This document shows positions 46,757 through 56,187 of a stretch of DNA of 64,000 bases, piece after piece. A program made the translations under genes and the position numbers. A model generated the notes under the pieces. It was given only the letters and a program-made list of their open reading frames with translations, was not told the DNA's origin and did not search any database. Within the stretch, counting starts at the first letter, position 1; each line of letters opens with the position of its first letter. The stretch covers positions 1-64,000 of the IMG/VR virus record IMGVR_UViG_3300037069_000769; one strand, given 5' to 3'. The stretch is from a virus.

Positions 46757-48277
46757 ATGGCAAATGCTGACGGTAAAGAGCTTCTGATGCTTAGCTCCCC
46801 TGTGGGCTTTGTGCTGGAGGAGGTGGATGCGACTCAGACACCTTTAGCGATTAAAGGATTTGTGTCTGTGGAGAGTAAGGACCGCAGTGGGGACTTTGTT
46901 CCCGCTGATGGCTTCTCGATTCAGCAGTTTATGTCGGCTCCGACGATGCTGGTGAATCATGCTTACTGGAACGATGAATTCGGTAATAAGGTTGGAGTCG
47001 GAAGACCTCTTTCCTTGACCGTTGCTAAGCTTGCTTCCATTGCTGGAGACGATGCTAACTGGGCCATCCTCGACGCTGTTAGCGGAGAGCAGGTTAATAC
47101 TTTTCCGAAAGCTAAGGTTCCCAATTTGACTGCTGGGGACCGTGGTTTGTTTGTAACCGCCGAGGTGACTAGATGGGATGTCGCTCAGATGGTTGCTCGG
47201 GGAGAGCTGGGAGCCTTCTCATGGAGGGGATTGGCTCAAGTTGATTACGTTGTGGGAAAAAACAGTGAGATCATACGTCGTCTGACCGGCATTGATTTGT
47301 GGGAAGTTAGTCTTGTAAACGTTCCCAACAACCCCAACGCTACATTCACTGTCGGTAAGAGTGTTCAGGGAGTTCGTGTTGCCAAGTCCCGCTTTGAGGG
47401 GGCTGGAGTAGCTTCAGAGTATCTAAAGTGTCATGGCGTTTGCCCATGTGACTTGCGTGAGGATAGCGATTTCTATTACGCATCTTTGAAGCCTGTGTCA
47501 TCCTTTGCGGCCAAATCCTTGGTATTGACTAAGATGGCTGATGGGGTGGAGATGATTGCCGGAGAAACTGCTGCACCTCCTATGAGTACGATTGCGTGGG
47601 ACGAACGTGCTTTAGGTGCTGAACTTGTTGCAAAACTCGCTTTATTTGAAAAGGAAGGGACGATGACTGAAGCTGCCAAAACGGCACCCGCTGCTGAGGG
47701 TACTGTTGTGAATCCTCCTGCTGCGACTGACGTCGCGAACGCTGCGGGCAAGAAGAAGTCTCAAAAGGACTGTGGGCCGAGTCAGACCTACGATCCCGAT
47801 CAGGACGAGTGCGTTGCTTCCAAGACCGCTGAGTCTGCCGAAGCCGCGATGAAGAATTTGGGCGAGATGCTTGCCACTAAGACGGTTGAAGGACTCACTG
47901 CCGCTTTGACCCCGGTCTTCGCTGAGATGACCAAGTCCATGACGACCCTCTCTGAGGGTATGCAGAGTATTGCCACCAAGATGGCTGAGTCTCCGACGGC
48001 TGCACCCGCTGCCGCTCCTGTGACGACTCCGGCTGTCGAAACGGCTAAAAACGAAGTCGTATCGGACCCCGTTACCGTATCGAAGTCCGCCGAAGCCTTG
48101 CAGGCCATTTTGGCTCCGCTGGTCAAAGTGGTCGCGGATGTGCAGAAGGCTGTTGATACCGTGTCAAAGACGACTCCGGCCCCGATTGTTCGGGATGAGC
48201 GTATTGACACGTCGAAGACTGTTGCTGAGTCGCCGAATTCGGTGTTCGACAACATCTTTGCGTTCACCAAGAAGTAA
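46757..48277 (+). CDS. Prohead protease (HK97-type) fused to scaffold-like C-terminus
   Basis: IKGFVS...DRSGD, NH, AFSW, LWEVSLVNVPNNPNA. Ala/Thr/Pro-rich tail. Confidence 0.85.
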   Translation: MANADGKELLMLSSPVGFVLEEVDATQTPLAIKGFVSVESKDRSGDFVPADGFSIQQFMSAPTMLVNHAYWNDEFGNKVGVGRPLSLTVAKLASIAGDDANWAILDAVSGEQVNTFPKAKVPNLTAGDRGLFVTAEVTRWDVAQMVARGELGAFSWRGLAQVDYVVGKNSEIIRRLTGIDLWEVSLVNVPNNPNATFTVGKSVQGVRVAKSRFEGAGVASEYLKCHGVCPCDLREDSDFYYASLKPVSSFAAKSLVLTKMADGVEMIAGETAAPPMSTIAWDERALGAELVAKLALFEKEGTMTEAAKTAPAAEGTVVNPPAATDVANAAGKKKSQKDCGPSQTYDPDQDECVASKTAESAEAAMKNLGEMLATKTVEGLTAALTPVFAEMTKSMTTLSEGMQSIATKMAESPTAAPAAAPVTTPAVETAKNEVVSDPVTVSKSAEALQAILAPLVKVVADVQKAVDTVSKTTPAPIVRDERIDTSKTVAESPNSVFDNIFAFTKK

Positions 48278-48344
48278 GTTCCAATCTCAACTGCATTGTC
48301 GCTTTGCAAACGTTTGCAAGGGTCACTTTTTTCTGGGGTGTTGA

Positions 48345-49346
48345 ATGACTGCTGAAATCAAGCTTCCGCTTGGCCAGATGTTTTCGAAGTCGGCAATTGA
48401 CGAGACTTCGTTGCCGAACTCCATTCTGAATCGCCAGCAAGCGAATCGATTCATTGACATGGTCGTCGATGAAGCCATTCTGATGAAGAATGTGCGGGTG
48501 GTTCGTACGGATACGAACAAGGGCGAAATCAACAAGTTGGACCTTGGCACCATTGTGACGCAGGGTGCCAGCACTACGAGTCGGGCAACCACTCGTATTC
48601 CGACTGAGAAGGTCGTGACCTATGATACTGAGAAGTATCGGTCGGCCTTCGATCTGAAGACGGACTTCATGGAGGATAACCTTGAGAAGGGCGGAGCCCG
48701 CGATACTCTGCTCGGGATGTTCTCGAAGCGTATGGCAATCGATACTGAGTTGGCTGCCATCGAAGGTGATAGCACGCTCGCGACCGGCGACTCTCAGTCT
48801 GACGAGAACAACCTGCTCGGCGTGAACGACGGATTCAGCAAGATTTTGCTGGCCAACGTTCCCAGTGCTCAGCAGGTGGATGCAAGTGGAGATGCTCCGA
48901 GCAAGCGGCTCTACTACGAGATGAAGCGTCGGATTCCCTCGCGTTATCGCGTTGCGAAACCCGATTACGTGTGGATCGTTCCGTCGGGGCCTGCTGATAA
49001 GTGGAAGCTGGACTGGTCGGATCGTGAAACCGTGGGTGGCGACTCGGCCTTGTCTTCGGGTCTGGTCCCCGGCCCGTGGGGCATTCCGATGCTCGAAGTC
49101 CCGCTGATGCCCGAAGACCTGAGCTTCGGCACCATCGGCACGGATGGATGCCAGATTTGGCTGACCCCGCTCAAGAACCTGATCTACTTTGTCCAGCGGG
49201 ACATCACGATCGAGTTCGACCGCCGCCCGCGTCAGGACGTGTGGGAAGTGACCATCCACTTCCGAGTGGACTTCGAGATTGAGAATACGGAGTTGGTCAT
49301 CATGGCGAAGAATGTTTCGCTGAGTGGCTCCGACTATACCGGCTAA
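48345..49346 (+). CDS. Major capsid protein (HK97 fold)
   Basis: LNRQQANRFID, EDNLE, NDGF, position after the protease, strong codon bias. Confidence 0.88.
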   Translation: MTAEIKLPLGQMFSKSAIDETSLPNSILNRQQANRFIDMVVDEAILMKNVRVVRTDTNKGEINKLDLGTIVTQGASTTSRATTRIPTEKVVTYDTEKYRSAFDLKTDFMEDNLEKGGARDTLLGMFSKRMAIDTELAAIEGDSTLATGDSQSDENNLLGVNDGFSKILLANVPSAQQVDASGDAPSKRLYYEMKRRIPSRYRVAKPDYVWIVPSGPADKWKLDWSDRETVGGDSALSSGLVPGPWGIPMLEVPLMPEDLSFGTIGTDGCQIWLTPLKNLIYFVQRDITIEFDRRPRQDVWEVTIHFRVDFEIENTELVIMAKNVSLSGSDYTG

Positions 49347-49413
49347 TCCCCGATGTTTGGGCGGCTACTGTGAGCGAAATCTCCGGTAGCCGCCTCTTCC
49401 TTGTGAGGTGCAC

Positions 49414-50589
49414 ATGGATGGGTTCAAGGTAGTGGATGGGGAAGAACCTCGTGCCTCGATTCCTGACGGGTGGTTCAGTAAGTCAGATGGTCCCCCTCTT
49501 AGAGTTGCGTTGAAGTTTGTTGGCGGAGTTGGTGACATTACGATGGCTATAGGGGGCACAGCTTCAGCCCTCGACGGGCGGTCTTGTTTCGTTGACGCCT
49601 TTGTTCTGCCTCACCAAGTTAAGTATGCTGCGATACTCTCAGGCATTCGTAAGGCATACCCCGTTGCAAGTTGGAATGAGCCTGAAACACGTTTTCAGTA
49701 TGATGTGGTCATTGACTTCGCAGGTGTTCTGAATAACGCCCGAAGCTTGAAGGCCAAAGATTACTACGAATTGATTAGCGAGCGGGTGGGCACGTTAGTC
49801 AAGCCGGGATCGTATTTGGGATTTACGTTTAAGCCTCAACCGGTAGCATGTGTGGCACTTCACCCCGGAGCAAGTAACCCGAACCGACGTTGGCCTTATT
49901 CAAATTGGGATAAGTTAGCATACATGCTGGCATCCCGAGAGCTAGAAGTGTTGTGGCTTGGAACCCGTGACGATTACGGGTTTAACGACGAGAAATGCGG
50001 AATTTGGAAGCTGAGTGATTACTACGAAGATTTGGTAACTCAGACCAAGAAGCTTGCCACGTTCCGATATTTCATTGGAAATGATTCAGGATTTGCACAC
50101 ATCGCCGGCCTGCTAGGCGTACCCGGAGTGGTACTGTTTAGTTCGACCCACCCCGACGATGTGATTGCGAGATACGATTCTTTGAGAGGTGTTCACCGAT
50201 TCGATTTAGTCGGAGAGCCTACTCGAAGTTTGGATAAGAAAGACCGGAGGTCATTGGACGCACTGGAGGCACTTACTCCAGAAGACGTGTTGAATGCCAC
50301 CCCTTTCAAGGATACTCCTGATAAGCAGCAGATAAAAAGGCCGCTGCCTGCTCGAAGACGCAAGATTGTTTTGGTTGGGTCGATCCCACTTGCTGACCGT
50401 TTGTACGAGTTCTTAGCCGATCTATATGATGTGGAACGGAGTAAGAATGTGTCAGAGAACTTAGAGTACGATGGACTCTTGGTTATCTCTGAGGCTGGTT
50501 GTGAATTACGAACGGCAAAAAACGTAAGTAGGGTAAACGTGAGTGACTTTGAAAACGTCACTAGGGCAATCCGTGAACGACTTGCGTAG
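49414..50589 (+). CDS. GT9 (heptosyltransferase-like) glycosyltransferase
   Basis: GGVGD, LHPGAS..RRWP, FIGNDSGFAHIAGLLGVPGVVLF. Confidence 0.88.
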   Translation: MDGFKVVDGEEPRASIPDGWFSKSDGPPLRVALKFVGGVGDITMAIGGTASALDGRSCFVDAFVLPHQVKYAAILSGIRKAYPVASWNEPETRFQYDVVIDFAGVLNNARSLKAKDYYELISERVGTLVKPGSYLGFTFKPQPVACVALHPGASNPNRRWPYSNWDKLAYMLASRELEVLWLGTRDDYGFNDEKCGIWKLSDYYEDLVTQTKKLATFRYFIGNDSGFAHIAGLLGVPGVVLFSSTHPDDVIARYDSLRGVHRFDLVGEPTRSLDKKDRRSLDALEALTPEDVLNATPFKDTPDKQQIKRPLPARRRKIVLVGSIPLADRLYEFLADLYDVERSKNVSENLEYDGLLVISEAGCELRTAKNVSRVNVSDFENVTRAIRERLA

Positions 50590-50640
50590 AAAGCTTCACC
50601 TATGAGCGGAGGCAAGAGCCCCCGGAAAGGAGGTCTTGAG

Positions 50641-51198
50641 ATGGACGAGACCCCCGTAACGGAGAACAGGGTACTTCACAGTAGAATCAACGACATTGAG
50701 GATGATGTTCAAGGGTTCGGGCAACAGCTAGCTAGCGTCAAGTCCGAGGTAGCTCATATCTCACTCGGGCTTGACAAGTTAGCTAAGGGCTTTGAAACTT
50801 TTGCCAGTTCGGTCAGTGTTAGTAACAAACCGAACTGGCAGACGATCGCAGCGTGGGCTGGCCTTGTTATCGGTATCATGGGGTCTTTGGGATACCTATA
50901 CCAACAGCCTTTACAGCAGCGATTGGATAAGATCGACGGAGATATGCCTGCCATACGGCGGGCTACTGCTGAATACCAAGTAAAGTTTGATGGGATCGAG
51001 CGAGAGATCGTACTTCGGGAAGAACTTCAACAGGAACGCCTGAAGAGACTTGACGAAAAGATCGATCTGTACACCAAACTTTCCATTTACGAGCGAGAGC
51101 ATCAACGATCATGGCAGTTACCGCCAACACGACTACCGTCAGCTCCACTGGGCAAGAAGTTTATGTCGGAGATACTGGATGCACCCTCTTCACCGTGA
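50641..51198 (+). CDS. Coiled-coil protein with central TM helix
   Basis: IAAWAGLVIGIMGSLGYLY flanked by heptads. Confidence 0.65.
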   Translation: MDETPVTENRVLHSRINDIEDDVQGFGQQLASVKSEVAHISLGLDKLAKGFETFASSVSVSNKPNWQTIAAWAGLVIGIMGSLGYLYQQPLQQRLDKIDGDMPAIRRATAEYQVKFDGIEREIVLREELQQERLKRLDEKIDLYTKLSIYEREHQRSWQLPPTRLPSAPLGKKFMSEILDAPSSP

Positions 51199-51419
51199 CG
51201 GTGCCTTCAACTTCAACGCAGGACGCCCTTGTGAACGTGGCGGGCCTGCACTCCCGATCTACGGACAGCAACAGCACTCCTGTTGACTTCTTCCGCGTGC
51301 GTAAGGGAGCTACCCAAACGTTTCGCATGGAGAAGGGCGGTATTCGCCGAGTGTTTATCAAGGGTGATAGCGGGAATGCTACTGTTGACTGGGGTGTTAC
51401 AGGACGTACCTCTTTCTAG
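51111..51419 (+). CDS. Putative structural protein
   Basis: Thr/Ser/Val-rich beta protein. Confidence 0.55.
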   Translation: MAVTANTTTVSSTGQEVYVGDTGCTLFTVTVPSTSTQDALVNVAGLHSRSTDSNSTPVDFFRVRKGATQTFRMEKGGIRRVFIKGDSGNATVDWGVTGRTSF

Positions 51420-51428
51420 GTGGACCGT

Positions 51429-52127
51429 ATGGGAAACTACGCAACCGTAGCAGATGTCCGAAACTTCAAAGTTGCTGGTCAGCCTATCGACCTCTCGGGG
51501 TTGACTGACGTTGATATTGAGGACGACATTGCTTTGGCTGAAGAGGTGGTGGAATTAGTTACGGGGGACATCTTTTACGTTAAGACAGAGACGAATAAGT
51601 TCGACGGATCGGGCCTTTATTCTCTGCACTTTGTCCCTCAGATTCCCTACCAGTTGTTGAGTGTCACCTCGATTGAGGATGTTGATCCCGGCAGTCAGGT
51701 GATGTACACTTACCAACCCACTGACTTCGTGGTGTATCCCTACCATATCGAGTTGACACAGGAATGCGGTGATCCGCGTTACAACTTTGGTAGGTCGGGT
51801 GTTTGGCCCCGAGGTCAGCAAAACATCGTGATTGCGGGAACGTGGGGCAATGCCACCTGCCCTGCGGCAATCAGACGGGCAGTAGTTTTGCTCACTCTTG
51901 AGAGGATCATGCCGGGATCAACTCAAATGATTCCTGACGGGATTGCTCAAGCTCAGTGGCCTGACTATCTCGTGACGTTCAAAGGTCGAGCAGCTCAAGG
52001 AATTACGACAGGGTACGTTGAGGTGGATTTGCTGCTTGAGAAGCACATCAACCATAACGGTATGTTCATCGTGGTGCCCGATCAGAAGCAGACCTATGAC
52101 GGTAACCGGATCAAACTGGTGCACTAA
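51429..52127 (+). CDS. Head-tail connector/adaptor protein
   Basis: N-terminal YATVADV and GTWG..CPAAIRRAV pattern. Position in the neck cluster. Confidence 0.7.
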   Translation: MGNYATVADVRNFKVAGQPIDLSGLTDVDIEDDIALAEEVVELVTGDIFYVKTETNKFDGSGLYSLHFVPQIPYQLLSVTSIEDVDPGSQVMYTYQPTDFVVYPYHIELTQECGDPRYNFGRSGVWPRGQQNIVIAGTWGNATCPAAIRRAVVLLTLERIMPGSTQMIPDGIAQAQWPDYLVTFKGRAAQGITTGYVEVDLLLEKHINHNGMFIVVPDQKQTYDGNRIKLVH

Positions 52128-52243
52128 CATGAAAAATTGGGGTTTGATACTGTTGGGAATTTTGCTTGGAGCTGCTCCTTTTCTGTTGGTGCTCTTGTAC
52201 GTTTGGTTACTGTTCGCAACTGAAAGTCCTATAGGAGATACTC

Positions 52244-52540
52244 ATGTCGGTTCGTGCGAAGTTTACGTGCTACGAAAAAATCCCCGCGACTGCTCCAGAC
52301 TGCGATGGCGGTCAGGTCAAGTTGAGAGCGGTGATCGACGGCAGTGCTGAGAATGAGGCGTTCTTTCACTACACGCCTTACGGCGAGTTGTCGATGGGAA
52401 CGATCAATCAGGCCGCATTCGATCAGTTTGAGGTAGGGAAGCAGTACTATCTCGACATCTCTTCGGCTGAAGTCCCAACTGTCGCAACTCGTGAGAAGAC
52501 TCCGGATGAAGAGGCTTCTGATCCCAGATACTGCGGTTGA
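52244..52540 (+). CDS. Hypothetical protein
   Basis: AGGAG SD. SVRAKF.C...ENEAFF.YTP.G motif. Confidence 0.7.
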   Translation: MSVRAKFTCYEKIPATAPDCDGGQVKLRAVIDGSAENEAFFHYTPYGELSMGTINQAAFDQFEVGKQYYLDISSAEVPTVATREKTPDEEASDPRYCG

Positions 52541-52566
52541 TTTTGCAAACGTTTGCACGGTGATCT

Positions 52567-52947
52567 ATGCCCGCAATTCCCTTGTTTGGTCTGCCTCACA
52601 AGATTGACGTTTACAAACTGGCGGATGCTGACGACGGGGCAGGGGGCGTTATTCCGGGAGGAGCTAGAACTAATCTCTACACTGGGCTTAGGGCTAGAAT
52701 CTCCCGGATGGTGGACAAAGACGAAAACGAACTTTTTGGTCAAGCAACCGGGGAACATTGGCGAGTTGTAGTTGCCCCAAGCAGTATCCCCAAAGGATGC
52801 TTCATCACCCTAAACGCCAATTGTATTCCGGCTCCTCTTGACCAAGGCGAGGTATGTCAGGTGATCTACGCCAAGAAGGAGATCGATCACGTAGGCAACC
52901 ATAACCACACTTCAGTAGTTATGCACCTATGGACTGGTGACAAGTGA
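52567..52947 (+). CDS. Head-closure (stopper)-like protein
   Basis: Size, position and DDGAGG motif. Confidence 0.55.
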   Translation: MPAIPLFGLPHKIDVYKLADADDGAGGVIPGGARTNLYTGLRARISRMVDKDENELFGQATGEHWRVVVAPSSIPKGCFITLNANCIPAPLDQGEVCQVIYAKKEIDHVGNHNHTSVVMHLWTGDK

Positions 52948-53441
52948 CCGCAGTACTCTCAGTAACTCTGGATAGTTTAGGTACTATTGACGCTCGCATT
53001 GCTGTGATGATGGCCTCATTTCCCCAAAGATTGGGGCAGGCCATGTTCACTTCAGCGTACGATACGGTAGTGCCTGCGGTTCAAGCTCAGATCAGAGCTA
53101 ACACCTCAGTCTTTCGAGGTGGGTTGCATCAGCGAGTATCTCCCTCAGTTACAGTAAGTAACACTGGTGCAGTTCTCGTAATCGGGTCTTTGGGAGTTCA
53201 GTACGGATTGTTCGTGGAGGAGGGAAGTCTTCCTCGCGTAATGAGTGCGGCGGAAATTAGGCAGATGCCCGCATGGGTAATGGCTAAGGGAATTACGCCT
53301 GATCCCGTAATAGCTGCAAGGATTGCATGGAACATTATCCGAGCAATTCAGTCAAAGGGAAATAAACCTCACCCGTATCTTGTGCCCGCGTGGGTAGCAA
53401 CACGGGATGCGTTCTTTGCTGGCGTCTTAGCGAGGTTCTAG
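52944..53441 (+). CDS. HK97 gp10-like neck/tail protein
   Basis: YGLFVEEG...GNKPHPYLVPA. Confidence 0.7.
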   Translation: MTAVLSVTLDSLGTIDARIAVMMASFPQRLGQAMFTSAYDTVVPAVQAQIRANTSVFRGGLHQRVSPSVTVSNTGAVLVIGSLGVQYGLFVEEGSLPRVMSAAEIRQMPAWVMAKGITPDPVIAARIAWNIIRAIQSKGNKPHPYLVPAWVATRDAFFAGVLARF

Positions 53442-53442
53442 T

Positions 53443-53889
53443 ATGCTGGACGCTTTGTACAATGCAATCATTCAAAAACTTCGAGGCGACGGGCAGCTTG
53501 TTAGCTTAACTGAGCATACTGTTTCCCCGCCTGACTTTCGGATAGGTAGAGGGCATCCCACTACGGTAGGCAAAAAGCCTTACCTTGCCGTAGATGCTAT
53601 GGTCTCCACCCCATTGACTCCTGATGTATCGGCAGTTGAGAAAGCACGCATAGTTTTTACTGCGATCTCCTCTGATCCGGTAAAGTGCATGCAAATTGCT
53701 GGACGAGTAAAGGCTCTCCTGAGTAATCAAACGCCTCGTGACTATTGGAACTTCACAAACTCCAGTATTGTAAACAAAGGCACGACCTACAAGGGTTACG
53801 GTAAGATTCTTGAGTATGATGACAACTTGAAATGTTACAGCACCGAAGTTCATGCGGATGCTGTTTGGTCAGACGGCCCCTGTAGTTGA
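53443..53889 (+). CDS. Tail terminator-like protein
   Basis: Position before the tail tube. ALYNAI..KL...PYL pattern. Confidence 0.6.
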   Translation: MLDALYNAIIQKLRGDGQLVSLTEHTVSPPDFRIGRGHPTTVGKKPYLAVDAMVSTPLTPDVSAVEKARIVFTAISSDPVKCMQIAGRVKALLSNQTPRDYWNFTNSSIVNKGTTYKGYGKILEYDDNLKCYSTEVHADAVWSDGPCS

Positions 53890-53907
53890 TTCAGTTTGGA
53901 GAGTTAA

Positions 53908-54390
53908 ATGTCTGGAAATGCTAACAACATCTTGGTTGGAGCCGCACAGGTTTCGATCAACGGAAGTGATGTTGGGTACACCAAAGGCGGCAGTCAGGTT
54001 CGCTACGAGCCTGAATTTCTTGACATCATGGCCGATCAGGCTATTGGTGTGGTCAAGAAAAACCGTACTTCTGAACGCATGTACGTGAAGTTTACGGTGC
54101 TGGAGGTGACTCTGGCTCGTATCCGACAGGCGTTTATGATGCCCTCCGCTAACTTGAGCGGCAGCACGTTGACCCTCGGATACAACTCTGCCTGTTGGAC
54201 GGATCAGGTGGCGTTGGTTCTCGTTGGTGTGTCTCCGTCATGCGGAACCCGTACCTTCACCTTCTCCAACTGTACCACCTTCGGCAAGAAGGAGTACAAC
54301 ATGAAGCGTGAGGAAGAGACCATGTTCGAGATGGAGTTTGAAGTCTTGAAGAATTCCAGTGGAGTCTTCGGGACGATCATTGACTCGTAA
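53908..54390 (+). CDS. Major tail tube protein
   Basis: NILVGAA...VGYTKGG...FGTIIDS, typical of siphoviral tube proteins. Confidence 0.75.
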   Translation: MSGNANNILVGAAQVSINGSDVGYTKGGSQVRYEPEFLDIMADQAIGVVKKNRTSERMYVKFTVLEVTLARIRQAFMMPSANLSGSTLTLGYNSACWTDQVALVLVGVSPSCGTRTFTFSNCTTFGKKEYNMKREEETMFEMEFEVLKNSSGVFGTIIDS

Positions 54391-54402
54391 AGGGGGTGAT
54401 CC

Positions 54403-54630
54403 TTGAGTCACACGGCAAGTAGTGAGACAGGTTCATACGTTAAGACTGAGGTGGATCATCTCGGCATTTCGACGTATGAGGAATTGCAGGCTTTCCGTGC
54501 TCTGCCCCGACGGCTGGGTAACATGAACACGGCATTGGCTGCGGTTGCTACTGCTCGAAGAAAGCAGTGGCAGAGTCGTAAGCGGATGAGAAGTGATGCT
54601 CTCCGCTTGTTCCGTGAGGGACAGTTGTAG
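54403..54630 (+). CDS. Hypothetical basic protein
   Basis: GGGGTG SD before TTG, fills the gap. Confidence 0.45.
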   Translation: MSHTASSETGSYVKTEVDHLGISTYEELQAFRALPRRLGNMNTALAAVATARRKQWQSRKRMRSDALRLFREGQL

Positions 54631-54679
54631 GAAGTGCAAACGTTTGCACTCCAGTTCTTGAGTTTGGGAGTTTCAAAGC

Positions 54680-55051
54680 ATGGGACATGATTTTTCATTC
54701 GCCGGGGGTATGGGTGACTTCACGGTCACCAAGAGTAACCCTTCGGGCAATATCGTGAAGTTCACGATTACCGACTCGGGACATCTGCTGACCACCAGTA
54801 AGATGATTCGCTCGGTGCTGGAAGACGCCATCGACCAGTTCATCGCCATTGAGCGTGCTGATCTGAACACTAACGGCGACTCTTCCGTGAAGGGTTACGA
54901 TCAGTACGATCCCCGCCATGTCGGTGATGGGTACGGTGCGTTCACTTGGAACTTCGCCGGCAAGTATGCTCAGGTTACCCTGACCGCTCTGACTAACATT
55001 GCGGCCACTGGTACGATCACTGTCAGTATTCCTTACGGGGATACGGTCTAA
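54680..55051 (+). CDS. Hypothetical (structural?) protein
   Basis: GGAG SD, highly expressed-type codon usage. Confidence 0.65.
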   Translation: MGHDFSFAGGMGDFTVTKSNPSGNIVKFTITDSGHLLTTSKMIRSVLEDAIDQFIAIERADLNTNGDSSVKGYDQYDPRHVGDGYGAFTWNFAGKYAQVTLTALTNIAATGTITVSIPYGDTV

Positions 55052-55094
55052 CGCAAACTGAGTGGTTTGCAAACGTTTGCACTGGAGTAAGAGT

Positions 55095-55412
55095 ATGAGC
55101 ACCGATACGATTGATCCTCTCACAAATCAGCCGTCAACCACCTTCCGCACCAAAGATACGGCACAAGCGGCCTTTCTTTGGTGTCGGACAGGTGTGAAAT
55201 TGTTAAGCGTCGAAGGTCAAGGGAAGACTGTGTTCTTCTCGTTTCATGTTCCGTTGGATGAGCGGGACATGACTGCCCTCGTCCTATCTTATGCAAATGG
55301 TGAGACTACGGTCGAGCCCAAACTGTTTGTGCAAAAGCAGAATGATCTCCGTGATCTGATCCACGGCATTCTGAAGATGCCCAAACGTGATACGAAAGAG
55401 GTACGAACATGA
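55095..55412 (+). CDS. DUF5659-like hypothetical protein
   Basis: FRTKDTAQAAFL...VFFSF...VEPKLF pattern. Confidence 0.55.
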   Translation: MSTDTIDPLTNQPSTTFRTKDTAQAAFLWCRTGVKLLSVEGQGKTVFFSFHVPLDERDMTALVLSYANGETTVEPKLFVQKQNDLRDLIHGILKMPKRDTKEVRT

Positions 55413-55867
55413 GTATTGAATCCGCAATCAAGGCAGACGTTGAAGCTGTTGGCGGTAAGGTTCTCTCCGAAGCTGAGCGTATGTTCAACTTGGGCGAGAC
55501 CATTGTTACCAAGACTTTGGGCAAAATCACCGTCAAAGAATTGTCGCTTGAGAGTCTGCTCGGAATGAGTCAGTCACTCGTGGCGATTTTAGGGGAAGTC
55601 CAAACCCTTGCGGCAAAGCTCGGCCCGAAAGCTGACCCCTTCGCATGGGTGTCCGCCGTTCTCACTGATCCCAAGCTGATGGACGTGTTGAAGTCCCTCG
55701 CCGCCGCAGCGACTGGGATCGATGTGAGTAAGTTCAACAATCTTCCCATTTCTGATTGGGTGAAGATCGGAACTTCGCTTGCCCATGTGACTGACTTTGC
55801 GGAGATTCAGCAGCTTTTTCAAATGATTCTCCCGACTCTTCAGGCTCTGAAGCCGAGTTCGCCGTAA
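55409..55867 (+). CDS. Tail assembly chaperone (gpG-like)
   Basis: Upstream of the tape measure, followed by an overlapping -1 frame. Confidence 0.7.
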   Translation: MSIESAIKADVEAVGGKVLSEAERMFNLGETIVTKTLGKITVKELSLESLLGMSQSLVAILGEVQTLAAKLGPKADPFAWVSAVLTDPKLMDVLKSLAAAATGIDVSKFNNLPISDWVKIGTSLAHVTDFAEIQQLFQMILPTLQALKPSSP

Positions 55868-56184
55868 ACAATGCGGCTCAACTGGTAGACGAGTTAGCTC
55901 GGGAGTATAGTTGGACTGTTGAATATATTATCAGCAAGTCCTACCATCAGTTAAAAGAGTTGCAGAATCAGATAGAGATACGGCGATACTACGACCGTCG
56001 CCTACTCTGCCTGATCCAAAGAGCATCCTCGGGGATGGCACCCGCTTCTGACATTGAAGGGTTTTTGAATACTCTGAAACCTACCATTAGAGGAAAGAGG
56101 ACGCAACCCTCGCTGGTGCCTGATTTCGAGGGCCCAAGTTTCGTCGATACCGACGGAATTTTCAGCTACAACAGCAAGGGGTGA
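55795..56184 (+). CDS. Tail assembly chaperone frameshift extension (gpGT-like)
   Basis: The -1 frame is open from ~55795 (LVDELAREYSWTVEYI motif) without a good start. CTTTTTC at 55814-55820. Confidence 0.6.
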   Translation, partial: LCGDSAAFSNDSPDSSGSEAEFAVNNAAQLVDELAREYSWTVEYIISKSYHQLKELQNQIEIRRYYDRRLLCLIQRASSGMAPASDIEGFLNTLKPTIRGKRTQPSLVPDFEGPSFVDTDGIFSYNSKG

Positions 56185-56187
56185 CTC

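Noticed and set aside
48264-49259. Long minus-strand ORFs (e.g. 48264-49259, 58123-59007, 21847-22638, 10617-11306)
   Set aside because: Antisense shadows of well-supported + strand genes with biased codon usage. No motifs or SD.
52129-52350. Small hydrophobic ORF MKNWGLILLG...
   Set aside because: Could be a small membrane protein, but it overlaps the better-supported 52244 gene by over 100 nt and has no clear SD, so it was not called
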